NCBI GenBank assembly: GCA_033551855.1
Contig: JAWSUI010000002.1
Location: 96,001-160,000 of the forward strand
DNA: 64,000 nucleotides
Direction of reading: 5' to 3'
Source of the DNA: Deferrisomatales bacterium
GTDB taxonomy: Bacteria; Desulfobacterota; Deferrisomatia; Deferrisomatales; JACRMM01
Below are positions 55,518 through 64,000 of this stretch, in pieces; within the stretch, counting starts at the first letter, position 1, and every line of letters starts with the position of its first letter. A program made the translations under genes and the position numbers. The notes below the pieces were generated by a model. That model made no database searches and was not told where the DNA came from. It saw only the letters and a list, made by a program, of their open reading frames with translations.

Positions 55518-56465
55518 TCAGCGGGCTGCGGGGGGGGCCGGCGCCGGCTGTGGCGGTGGGGCGGGCAGGGTCAAGGCGGGGGCGCCCCCGGTGTTTTGGA
55601 TCACCACCGTGTTCTGGCCCGTCTGGTTCTTCTCATAGGCCGTGGCCCACTTCTGCTGGTTGAGGAACTCGAGCAGGGCCGTGTCGGTGGCGCCATCGGG
55701 GCGCCCGACCTCCCGTTGGAGGTCCCGGATGCTCTCGACGTACGCGCCGTAGAGCTTCCGGATTCGGCTGGCCTCCTGGTCGGCGGCGTAGTTCTCCGCC
55801 TCGGCGATGAGCTCGCGCCGCTTCTTTTCCTCACTGGCTTCCACGAGGTTGTCGCCGAAGCGGGTCTCCCGGAGAACGAAGCTGACCACCTCTACGCCGT
55901 ACTTCTGTTCCAGGGTGGGCCCACCGACGTTGATGGGTCGGTCCTTGAGGGCCCGGTAGATCTCCTCCTTGATCTCTTCCCTCGCGCTCACGAGGCGGTT
56001 GATCTCCTGGGCCTGGAGAATGTCTTTCGCCAGCCCGTCGTAGTCGGCCTGGAGGAGCTCGAGCGGACGCAGGTTCTCGATCGCCCACAGGCGCAGGTCG
56101 CGGATGCGGAAGGTGAGGACACCGGAGGTCCAGAGGGCGACGTTCTCCCGGGAGATGATCCGCACCGGCTCCTCGACCCCCCCCAGCGCCAGGCGCTGGT
56201 TCATCAAGGGCACTTCTTGCTCGATCCGGGTGAAGAACGGGAGCCTCGTGTGCCAGCCGACCTCGGTGATCACCTCACGGGTGCCCCCCAGCCGCTCGAG
56301 CACCACGGCGTAGTTGAGGCGAACCTTGAAGATCGTGCGGGTCGCGTACACCACGGCGACGGCGCCGTAGAGGAGCCCCGCCAGGACCGCCAGGCCCACC
56401 AGGCGGCGCACGAGGGCCGTCACGGCGGCCCTCCTCAGCAAAGGGGGAGTCTCCGGGTGTTCCAT
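55518..56465 (-). CDS. SPFH/Band-7 (HflC-like) membrane protein
   Basis: N-terminal TM, VVLERLG, GWH.RLPF, ISRENV, .REEI, KYGVEV.SF....RF, helical AEAE segment. Confidence 0.85.
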   Translation of the reverse strand: MEHPETPPLLRRAAVTALVRRLVGLAVLAGLLYGAVAVVYATRTIFKVRLNYAVVLERLGGTREVITEVGWHTRLPFFTRIEQEVPLMNQRLALGGVEEPVRIISRENVALWTSGVLTFRIRDLRLWAIENLRPLELLQADYDGLAKDILQAQEINRLVSAREEIKEEIYRALKDRPINVGGPTLEQKYGVEVVSFVLRETRFGDNLVEASEEKKRRELIAEAENYAADQEASRIRKLYGAYVESIRDLQREVGRPDGATDTALLEFLNQQKWATAYEKNQTGQNTVVIQNTGGAPALTLPAPPPQPAPAPPAAR

Positions 56466-56855
56466 GTCGTCCCCTGGGCGGCCGGCGGGCCCGCGACGGA
56501 AAGGTGGAAGCGCTCCTTGGACAGGGTAGACGGGCCTGGCATCAGCGCAAGGCACCGGCTGTCGCCTGGTGACCCAGGCAGCCCCCCGGCGCCGCCAGGA
56601 GGAAGGCCCGGCGCACTGCCCTGTCGGGCCGATGGACCCGAACGACCCGCGTCCATCGTCAGATTCCGGGCGGGGCCGGAGCGTGACGCACTCGGGTGCC
56701 GCCTCGACCGCGGCATCGAACCCCGGGCAGAATCGCGGGGCTCGGCGCACCCGTTCCCGGGGGGGGCAGCCCGTCCCCAGCATCGGATTCGGCAGGAATG
56801 CGAAGAGACTCCCCGACCCCGAGCACGCGTCGGGCGAGGGATCCAGGAAGGCCTG

Positions 56856-57060
56856 GATCCACCGGCTGGTCGGCGAGCGGAGTCCGGGAGCCCCTGCGTT
56901 TCACCCCGCAATCCGCGACACTTCGACGAAGTGTCCCAGCAGTCCCCGGTGCGCCCGGCCTCACCCGCTTGCGCCGGCCTCGTCGGGTTGGTGGATGCGG
57001 TGCGGTGCTGCACTCCTGGGCTCCCGGACTCCGCCCCACAATGGGGTGGTGGATTCCGGG
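56856..57060 (+). repeat. About 200-bp dispersed repeat, copy 2
   Basis: See 41443-41644; begins within the palindrome GGATCCAGG-aagg-CCTGGATCC. Confidence 0.8.
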
Positions 57061-57198
57061 AAGGGTTGGTCCCTTGCGCCCCGGGCCGTTCCTCAGTAGA
57101 AAGGACGTCCATCCGGGCTTCCGTGGCACCTGCACCGGGACGAGGGGGGCGGGGGCCGCCCCGTGCTCCGGAGACGGTGTCGGAGCAGGAGGTGCCGC

Positions 57199-58233
57199 TT
57201 GAAGGTCCAGTTTCGGAATCTGGTGTTCGAGGGGGGTGGGGTCAGGGGCATTGCCTACGTGGGGGCCATGAAGTTGCTGGAGCAACGGGGAGCCCTCGAC
57301 CACGTCCGCAGGGTCGGCGGCGCCAGCGCCGGGGCGATCAACGCGCTGATCCACGCCCTGGGATTTCCGATCGCCGAGCAGCAGCAGCTTCTATCCTCGA
57401 CGGATTTCCGGCGGTTCCTCGACGACTCCTTCGGGGTGATCCGCGACGTGCGCCGCCTCGCGAGGGAATTCGGCTGGCACAAGGGCGACTTCGTCTCCAC
57501 TTGGGTGGGCGACCTCATCGAGAGCAAGCTCGGGCGGCGCGACGCTACCTTTCGGGACCTCCAGGCTGCCGGCCGTCCTGACCTCTACGTGGTCGGGACC
57601 AACCTGAGCACCGGGTGGGCAGAGGTCTTCTCCGCCGAGCGCCACGGCGACATGCCCCTGGCCAGGGCGCTGCGCATCAGCATGTCGATTCCCCTCTTCT
57701 TCGCGGCGGTGCGTCATGGGGCCCGGGGGGACGTCTACGTGGACGGGGGCGTGGTGCTGAATTACCCGGTCAAGCTCTTCGACCGGGAACGGTACGTGGA
57801 CCTCGCGGGGGAGCCCTACGGGGCGGCAAGCACGGCATACTACAGCCGCGAGAACGCCCGCTTCGCCCTGGAAAGGCCGGGGCGGAGCCCCTACGTGTAC
57901 AATCGGCAGACCCTCGGCCTGCGGCTGGACACCCGGGAGGAGATCGCGCTCTACCGGTACGACGAGCCCCCCAGGGGCCGCCCCATCTCCCGGTTCACGG
58001 AGTACGCCCGGGCGCTCACCTCCGCCCTGCTGCGGGTGCAGGAAAACCAGCACCTCCACGAGGACGACTGGCACCGTACCCTGTACATCGACACCCTGGA
58101 CGTCCGGACCACGGACTTTGCGCTGAGCGAAGAGAAGAAGGCGGCGCTCCTGGAGTCGGGCATCGCGTGTGCCGAGGCCTACTTCCGCTGGTTCGAGGAC
58201 CCGGCGCAGGTCCCCGCGAACCGCGTAGGGTGA
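57199..58233 (+). CDS. Patatin-like phospholipase
   Basis: NLVFEGGGVRG, GASAG, SMSIPLFF, YVDGG; TTG start after AGGAGGT. Confidence 0.93.
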   Translation: MKVQFRNLVFEGGGVRGIAYVGAMKLLEQRGALDHVRRVGGASAGAINALIHALGFPIAEQQQLLSSTDFRRFLDDSFGVIRDVRRLAREFGWHKGDFVSTWVGDLIESKLGRRDATFRDLQAAGRPDLYVVGTNLSTGWAEVFSAERHGDMPLARALRISMSIPLFFAAVRHGARGDVYVDGGVVLNYPVKLFDRERYVDLAGEPYGAASTAYYSRENARFALERPGRSPYVYNRQTLGLRLDTREEIALYRYDEPPRGRPISRFTEYARALTSALLRVQENQHLHEDDWHRTLYIDTLDVRTTDFALSEEKKAALLESGIACAEAYFRWFEDPAQVPANRVG

Positions 58234-58311
58234 GGACCGGCGGGTGAAGCGGCAGGGTCGGGACGTGGCCAGGGGATCCGGGATGAAGAACGGGGAAGCG
58301 GCAGGGCCCCG

Positions 58312-60102
58312 GTGAACCCCCGCATCGCCTCCATGGAGAACCTCATCGCCCGGGATCCGGGCGGGAGGAACGTCTTCGGGCTGGTCGCCGCGGACCAGCT
58401 CCGGCTCGCCGCCCAGGCGCTGCGGTTCGCCCGGCGCGTGGCCGTGGTCACCGGGTACTTCATCCCGGAGGCCGGGGCGGGGGAGACGGATGGCCCCCCC
58501 GGGGCGGTGGCCCTCGGCGAGGCGCTGGGGGCCCTGGGCATCCCCGTGGACTACCTGACCGACGGCCCCAACGCGCCGCTTCTGCGCTCCCTGGGCGCCG
58601 AGCCCATCGTCCTCGAGGGCGCCCCTGAAGACGTCGCCGCGGGCTGCCGACGCTACCTGGAGGAGAGCCGCCCCACCCACCTGGTCTCGGTGGAGCGGGC
58701 GGGGCGCGCGGCGGACGGGACGTACCGCAACATGCGCGGTACCGACATCACGACCGTCACCGCACCCCTGGACGAGCTCTTCCTGGAGGCGTCGCAGCGG
58801 GGCCTGACCACCATCGGGGTCGGGGACGGCGGCAACGAGATCGGAATGGGCCGGGTGTTCGCCGCAACGAGAACCGGCGTGCCCCATGGCCGGGCGCTCG
58901 CCACCACCGTGGCGACCGACTTTTGCGTGGCCGCCGGCGTCTCCAACTGGGGAGCCTTGGGGCTCGTGGGCGCCCTCTCCGTCCTGGAGGGGCGGGACCT
59001 GCTGCCTTCCGGGGCTCGCCTCGTGGAGGGGCTCCACCGCTTGGTGGAGGTGGGCGGTGCCGTGGACGGCGTGACCCGCCGGCGGGAGCCGACGGTGGAC
59101 GGCCTGCCCGTGGCCGAGTCTCTCCGGGTCCTCGCGGAGTTGCGCGGACACGTGGCCCCGCCGCCCTTCCTCTCAGGAAGGCCCCTGGCCGTAGGCGTCC
59201 TGGGGTGGGGGGAGACCGGGCGCGCCGCCGCTGCGCTGTTGCGACGCCGGGGGCACCGTGTGCGGGTCTCGGACCACGCGGCGGTGTGTCCCCCTTCCGA
59301 GGAGGACGAAATCCTCGAGGGCTTCGAAGCAGGTGGGCATACCGTCGGCTTCCTCGCCCCCTGCGACGCGGTGGTTGCGAGCCCGGGTGTGCCGGTTGAC
59401 GCCCCGATCCGGGCGGCCCTCCACGAGCGGGGCATCCCCGTCGTGAGCGCCCTGGAGATGGCCTACGCGTTCTGTCCCCATCCCCTCGTAGGCGTGACCG
59501 GGACCGTGGGGAAGCGCACCACGGTGGAGCTCATCGGGCGCATGTTTCGCCAGGCCGGACGCCCCGTGGCTGTCGGCGGCAACCGCGGCGCACCGCTGGC
59601 GGCCCTCCTGCTCGGGCAGGACGGCCGGCCCCCGGAGCCGGACACGACTCTGGTCCTGGCGGTATCGAGCTTCCAGTTGGAGGGCGTGGTGCACTTCCGT
59701 CCCCCCATCGCGGCGATGCTCAACATCGACGCGGCACACCTCGACCGGCACCGCACCGTGGCCGAGTACGTGCGGGTCAAGAGCCGCATCTTCATGAACC
59801 ACCGCCCCGAGGACGTGCTCATCCTCAACGGCGAGGATTCGAGGCTCCGGCCCCTTGCATCGAAACACCCGGGGCGCACCTTCTTCGTGGGGCGCCGCCG
59901 GACCGGGGATCTCGGCGCGTGGCTGGAGCGGGGGGGGGTCCGTGCGAACACCGAGGGGGCCGTGGAGCGGCTGGGCCGGGCCGAGCACCCCTACCCGGAG
60001 GTGCTGCTCACCGCCGTGCTGGCCGCTCTGCTGAGCGGGATTCCCCCCGACGCCGCCGGGGCTGCGCTGCGCCGGGTTCGCACCGGGGGAGGGAGCACCT
60101 GA
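58312..60102 (+). CDS. DUF4392 (D-glutamate cyclase C-terminal-like) domain fused to MurD-like N-terminal and central domains
   Basis: DPGGR, TGYF, ETDGPPGA, VERAG...G.Y.NMRG, IGVGDGGNEIGMG, VSNWG; then VLGWGETG, ASPGVP, GVTGTVGKRTT, GGN.G, SSFQLE, HLDRH, KSRIF. Confidence 0.85.
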   Translation: MNPRIASMENLIARDPGGRNVFGLVAADQLRLAAQALRFARRVAVVTGYFIPEAGAGETDGPPGAVALGEALGALGIPVDYLTDGPNAPLLRSLGAEPIVLEGAPEDVAAGCRRYLEESRPTHLVSVERAGRAADGTYRNMRGTDITTVTAPLDELFLEASQRGLTTIGVGDGGNEIGMGRVFAATRTGVPHGRALATTVATDFCVAAGVSNWGALGLVGALSVLEGRDLLPSGARLVEGLHRLVEVGGAVDGVTRRREPTVDGLPVAESLRVLAELRGHVAPPPFLSGRPLAVGVLGWGETGRAAAALLRRRGHRVRVSDHAAVCPPSEEDEILEGFEAGGHTVGFLAPCDAVVASPGVPVDAPIRAALHERGIPVVSALEMAYAFCPHPLVGVTGTVGKRTTVELIGRMFRQAGRPVAVGGNRGAPLAALLLGQDGRPPEPDTTLVLAVSSFQLEGVVHFRPPIAAMLNIDAAHLDRHRTVAEYVRVKSRIFMNHRPEDVLILNGEDSRLRPLASKHPGRTFFVGRRRTGDLGAWLERGGVRANTEGAVERLGRAEHPYPEVLLTAVLAALLSGIPPDAAGAALRRVRTGGGST

Positions 60103-60896
60103 TGCTCGAAACCAATCGTCTCCCCACCGGACGGGACGTGCGCGACGCCTGCCGCCGGGGCGAGCTCACGGGGCCCACCGCCGGCTTGGCCCCTGGGTAC
60201 GGCCAGGCCAACCTGGTCGTCGTGCCCCAGGAGGCGGCCGAGGACTTCGCGGCCTTCTGTGAGCGAAACCCCAGGCCCTGCCCCCTCTTGGAGCGGACCG
60301 GACCCGGCGGCTGGGAGCCCCGGCGCCTCGCGCCGGGGGCCGACCTGCGCACCGACCTCCCCCGCTACCGGGTGCTGCGGGAGGGGCGGTGCACCGCTCG
60401 GCCCACGGACATCCTTTCCCTGTGGCGTGAGGACTTCGTGGCCTTCCTGCTCGGATGCTCCTTCACCTTCGAGGCCGCGCTCCTCGACGCCGGGGTCCCG
60501 GTTCGACACCTCGAGGAGGGGCGCAACGTGCCCATGTTCCGCACATCCTTGGCCTGCGTCCCCGCAGGGCCCTTCAGGGGCCCCTTGGTGGTCTCCATGC
60601 GCCCCATGCCCCCGGAGCAGGCGGCCCGCGCGGCCGAGATCACGGCGCGCCACCCCCACTTCCACGGCGCTCCGGTCCACGTGGGCGACCCCGGGGCCAT
60701 CGGCGTCGCCGACCTCGCCAGACCAGACTATGGCGACGCCGTCACCGTGCGACCCGGGGAGGTTCCCGTGTTCTGGGCCTGCGGCGTCACCCCTCTGGAG
60801 GCCCTCCTTGGTGCGGGGCTCGAGGTCGCCGCGACCCACGAGCCCGGCCACATGTTCGTGACGGACCTCTCCGACCGGGATCTGCTGGGGCTGTAG
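60102..60896 (+). CDS. DUF1445 putative hydro-lyase (D-glutamate cyclase family)
   Basis: TAGLAPGYGQANL, FC.RNPRPCP, DLRTDLPRY, GCSFTFE, NVPMF.T, VVSMRP, HGAPVH.G, VFWACGVTP, TH.PGHMFVTD. Confidence 0.92.
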   Translation: MLETNRLPTGRDVRDACRRGELTGPTAGLAPGYGQANLVVVPQEAAEDFAAFCERNPRPCPLLERTGPGGWEPRRLAPGADLRTDLPRYRVLREGRCTARPTDILSLWREDFVAFLLGCSFTFEAALLDAGVPVRHLEEGRNVPMFRTSLACVPAGPFRGPLVVSMRPMPPEQAARAAEITARHPHFHGAPVHVGDPGAIGVADLARPDYGDAVTVRPGEVPVFWACGVTPLEALLGAGLEVAATHEPGHMFVTDLSDRDLLGL

Positions 60897-60939
60897 GGCG
60901 GGGCCTGCCCCGCCGGCCCCTGCTGGAGGGGAGTTGCGT

Positions 60940-61659
60940 CTATGTCCCGCAGCAGGCCCGGAGACCGGAGGCCTCGACGGCGGGGCCGTCGGCCAGGCGG
61001 CCGTCGCGCACCGTGAACACCAGGTCGGCCCGGGCAGCGATCTCCGGGTTGTGGGTGACGATGACCACGGTCTTCCCGCGCCGGTGCAGGGTCCGGATCG
61101 TCCCCAGGACCCCCGCCTCCGACTCCGAGTCGAGGTTCCCGGTGGGCTCGTCCATGAGGAGGATCTCCGGGTCGTTGGCCAGGGCCCGGGCGATGGCCAC
61201 CCGTTGCTGCTGCCCCCCGGAGAGCTCCGAGGGCGGGGCTTCGGCCTTTTCCCCCAGCCCCACGAGGTCCAGGAGCTCTCGGGCGCGCCCTGCCCGCTCC
61301 CGCTTCGGGCTACTGCCGAACATCATGGCCACCGCCACGTTCTCGGCGGCGGTCAGCCCGTCGAGCAGGTTGAAGAACTGGAAGACGAACCCGATCCGCC
61401 GGGCCCGCAGGTCGGCCAGGGCGTGGGGGGAGAGGCCGGTCAGCTCCTCCCCCGCCACCCAGATCTGCCCCGCGGTGGGGCGGTCCAGGCCTCCCAGCAG
61501 GTGCATGAGGGTGCTCTTGCCGTGCCCCGAGGGGCCCACGATGCAGGCAAAGGCGCCTCGGGGGATCTCGAGGCTCACGCCCCGCAGGGCCTCGGTGGGC
61601 ACGCGCCCCTTCTGGTACGTCTTTCGCACGCCTTCGGCGCGGATGGCGGCGTCACTCAT
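60940..61659 (-). CDS. ABC transporter ATP-binding protein (LolD/MacB-like)
   Basis: GPSGHGKST, IGFVFQFFNL, LSGGQQQRVAIARAL, DEPTGNLD, VTHN. Confidence 0.95.
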   Translation of the reverse strand: MSDAAIRAEGVRKTYQKGRVPTEALRGVSLEIPRGAFACIVGPSGHGKSTLMHLLGGLDRPTAGQIWVAGEELTGLSPHALADLRARRIGFVFQFFNLLDGLTAAENVAVAMMFGSSPKRERAGRARELLDLVGLGEKAEAPPSELSGGQQQRVAIARALANDPEILLMDEPTGNLDSESEAGVLGTIRTLHRRGKTVVIVTHNPEIAARADLVFTVRDGRLADGPAVEASGLRACCGT

Positions 61660-62809
61660 AACGGATGGCCTCCACGGGCGCGAGCCCGGCCGCCTTCCAG
61701 GCCGGGTAGGTCCCGGCCACGAGGGCGACGGCGAGAGAAAAGAGGACCGACCCGGCCGCCGTGGTCGGGTCGAGGCCGCCTGCGCTTCCCTTGACGAAGG
61801 CGGTGAACGCGTTCTGCCCCACGTGCGGGGCCAGGAAGATCGACGCCAAGGCCCCGGCGGCGACGCCGATCAAGCCCCCGAGCACGCCGTAGCACCCCGA
61901 CTCCACGAGGAAGAGGCGGAAGATGGTTCCCCGGCGGGCGCCCAGGGCCTGGAGGATGCCGATCTCCCGGCGGCGCTCGTAGGTGGCCGTGAGCATCGTG
62001 TTGACGATGCCGAAGGCCGCCGCCAGCACCGCCACGGCGGCGATGAGCTGCACCGTGAAGCTCACCGTGCCGACCACCGAGAGCACCGACTGGAGCATCT
62101 GCTCGTCGGAGACCACCCCAAGGGCGGTCGCCTCCCGGATGGCGAGGATGTGCTCCCCGGTCCGGCTCACGTCGTCCACCTGGACGGCCACGAAAGACAC
62201 CCGGTCCCCCACGCCGAAGAGCTCCTGGGCGAGCTCCAGGGGGAGGAAGAGGCCCGTGTCGTCCCGGGACCGTGTCTCCGCCAGGATTCCCAGCACCGGC
62301 AGGGCCTGTCCCCGGATGGTCACGGTGTCGCCCAGCCCGAGCCCGCCGTCCTTGGCCGCGGCCGATCCGGCCAGTAGGCCCGGTTGATCCGGGAGGCGGG
62401 GCAGGCGCCCCTGGGCGAGACGCCAGCCCTTGAGCTCGGAGAGGAGCTCCAGGTCGGTCCCCGCGACGGGGACGGGGCGGTTTCGGATCGCCGACTTTTC
62501 CGTGAGGAGCGGTACCGCCGTCAGGCCCGGCAGGGCGGCGATGGTGCGCACCTCGTCCATCGTGATGGTCACCGGGAGTTGGTCGCCTGTGAGGATGGAG
62601 ACCTGCTCGTAGGCGCAGGATCCTTTGGGGGCCACCACGAGGTCGGCGCCCAGGGCGTGGGCTTCCCGGCGGATCTCCCGCTGGAGGCTCGCACCGAGGG
62701 AGAGGAAGGTGACGAGCGAGGCGATGCCCACCGTGATCCCCAGGAGGGTGAGCACGAGGCGTCCTCGCCGCCGGGTCATGTTGCGAAGGACGAGCCGGCT
62801 GGCGTTCAT
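61652..62809 (-). CDS. MacB/FtsX-type ABC permease
   Basis: R.VLTLLGI.VG, periplasmic domain with APKGSCAYE, NTML....ERRREIGIL.ALGA, YPAWKAA.L.PVEAIR. Confidence 0.92.
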   Translation of the reverse strand: MNASRLVLRNMTRRRGRLVLTLLGITVGIASLVTFLSLGASLQREIRREAHALGADLVVAPKGSCAYEQVSILTGDQLPVTITMDEVRTIAALPGLTAVPLLTEKSAIRNRPVPVAGTDLELLSELKGWRLAQGRLPRLPDQPGLLAGSAAAKDGGLGLGDTVTIRGQALPVLGILAETRSRDDTGLFLPLELAQELFGVGDRVSFVAVQVDDVSRTGEHILAIREATALGVVSDEQMLQSVLSVVGTVSFTVQLIAAVAVLAAAFGIVNTMLTATYERRREIGILQALGARRGTIFRLFLVESGCYGVLGGLIGVAAGALASIFLAPHVGQNAFTAFVKGSAGGLDPTTAAGSVLFSLAVALVAGTYPAWKAAGLAPVEAIRYE

Positions 62810-62823
62810 GTGCGCCCTCCGGC

Positions 62824-63210
62824 CTAAATCTTGTGGTTTCGAAGGGTCTTCACCGCCGTGGCCGTGAGGAGCCGCCCGCCGTGGGTGAAGGTGCCCGTAA
62901 CTTCGACCTCGTCGCCGTGGGCCGGCCGGGGCCCCTCGTACCGCACGGGGAGGAAGAACTTGTTGCAGTTGGGCGAAGTGCACAGGAGCTCGCTCTTGTC
63001 CATCACCCCGAAGACCGTCGGATCCGTGGGTGAGACCGCCGCCATGATGCCGATGACGGTCAAGGTCCCCTGGAAGGCCGTGGGGTCGGAACGGACGTCG
63101 TTCACCTGGAGGGGCGGGGGAGCGCTCGTGCGACTCACGGCGGCCACGGCGACGGCCGCGAGGGCGGCCAGGCCGATGCCGGCCAGGGCGAGGGCGTGCT
63201 TCTTCTTCAT
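62824..63210 (-). CDS. Membrane-anchored OB-fold-like periplasmic protein with CxxxxC
   Basis: N-terminal TM, V.DV..DP..F.G...V.G, CTSPNC, GDEVEVTG.F. Confidence 0.75.
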   Translation of the reverse strand: MKKKHALALAGIGLAALAAVAVAAVSRTSAPPPLQVNDVRSDPTAFQGTLTVIGIMAAVSPTDPTVFGVMDKSELLCTSPNCNKFFLPVRYEGPRPAHGDEVEVTGTFTHGGRLLTATAVKTLRNHKI

Positions 63211-63342
63211 GGCGTCTTCCTCTGTACGGATTGGAGTGGCGCTCGGCGCCCGCGGTGCCTCCGTCGTGGGGCGGGCACACGTCCGGGCGGCGCGGGTGCG
63301 GTCAGGGCGTGGTGGTCGGGACAGCGGCTGGGGAGCGGGTGT

Positions 63343-63639
63343 TCAGGAGTGGAGGGGAGGTCGTTCGATGGCAGAGTAGACCCCTTGGGGGGAGAGGGGG
63401 CACACGGCCGAAGCCGGGGCCGCAGCCTCCGGGACGGCCGGGGCCGACGGACAACGCTCCACCCATAGGGTGAAGACGCAGCAGGAGGCGCAGCCAGACC
63501 CGGGGCTTTCGTCCCCTGCCGGGCACGCCTCGCCGCAGCAGCTCCCCGAGACCGCGCCCGGGTCGGGGGGCGCGGACCACGCCGGGGCGGCGAGGGCGAG
63601 CAGAAGGACCGCCACGAGGCGGATCGCGAGGGTTCCCAT
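63343..63639 (-). CDS. Small Cys-rich exported peptide ending IERPP (DUF2946/CzcI-like leader)
   Basis: Signal peptide, CCxxxC, CxxCC, Pro/Ala linker, C-terminal SAIERPPLHS. Confidence 0.7.
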   Translation of the reverse strand: MGTLAIRLVAVLLLALAAPAWSAPPDPGAVSGSCCGEACPAGDESPGSGCASCCVFTLWVERCPSAPAVPEAAAPASAVCPLSPQGVYSAIERPPLHS

Positions 63640-63645
63640 GGCCCG

Positions 63646-63675
63646 ATGATACGGAGCCACCCCCACCCCGGTCAA
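63646..63675 (-). promoter_or_regulatory. Sigma-70 promoter predicting a leaderless transcript
   Basis: TTGACC-18 nt-TATCAT; the ATG begins 7 nt downstream of the last -10 base. Confidence 0.6.
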
Positions 63676-64000
63676 CGAGAATCATCTCAATCGGGCATCG
63701 CGGGGGGGGAGGTGGGCCCCTCGAGACGGGGCCCCCACCGGACCGGTCCGCCTCCGGCACGGTGGGGGCGGGGGACTCCGTGACCGAGGCGCGACGTTCT
63801 CCCGGGCCCGTCGGCACTCCCTGTTGGCGTCCCGGTCGCGTCCCTTGACTTGCGCCTGCTGCCGCGGTAAGGACCGCCCCACGCTTCCCCCGACGCCGGA
63901 CGGGCTGCGGAGGGAGGGGGCCGGAAGCTGAGAGGAACGACCGGAGGCGGCTGGGGGGCCAGGCCGGGTGACCGAGTTGCGCAGCCGGCACGCGCAGTGG

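Noticed and set aside
57199..58233. Patatin as a CBASS CapV effector
   Set aside because: No CD-NTase, Cap2/Cap3 or HORMA gene in the window.
59180..60102. The cell's functional murD
   Set aside because: It lacks the C-terminal domain and several catalytic residues, and is not in a dcw cluster.
63680..64000. Coding potential at the window end
   Set aside because: No protein-like ORF or recognisable RNA; left unannotated.

Overview
This is a GC-rich (roughly 70% by eye) chromosomal window. Gene content points to an anaerobic Desulfobacterota/deltaproteobacterium, possibly Deferrisoma-like (inference only): tetrahaem cytochrome c3, futalosine genes mqnB/mqnD, sigma-54 activators and lpxC-DUF4390-ntrYX. 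Core genes are tyrS, rlmM, mltB, msrAB, lpxC, guaB-guaA-gmk-rpoZ-rel-ridA and a Fur-boxed Fe(III) ABC transporter. I saw no rRNA, tRNA, CRISPR array, integrase or transposase. Best candidates for undescribed biology: (1) a two-gene operon of a membrane SPFH protein and a 1133-aa protein with two tandem classic AAA+ domains plus a Lon-type Ser-Lys protease domain, with a divergent patatin; (2) a D-glutamate-cyclase-like DUF4392 domain fused to a truncated, catalytically altered MurD, coupled to DUF1445; (3) a stand-alone archaeo-eukaryotic primase heading the mqnB-mqnD operon; (4) an RpiR/BKACE/aminotransferase/ADP-forming ligase catabolic cluster with a visible shared operator and a frameshift; (5) a Cys-rich extension on an OFA-type MFS transporter, a leaderless Cys-rich IERPP leader peptide, a Rel enzyme with a degenerate hydrolase motif, and several dispersed repeats. 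All family calls come from motif recognition by eye, not database searches.
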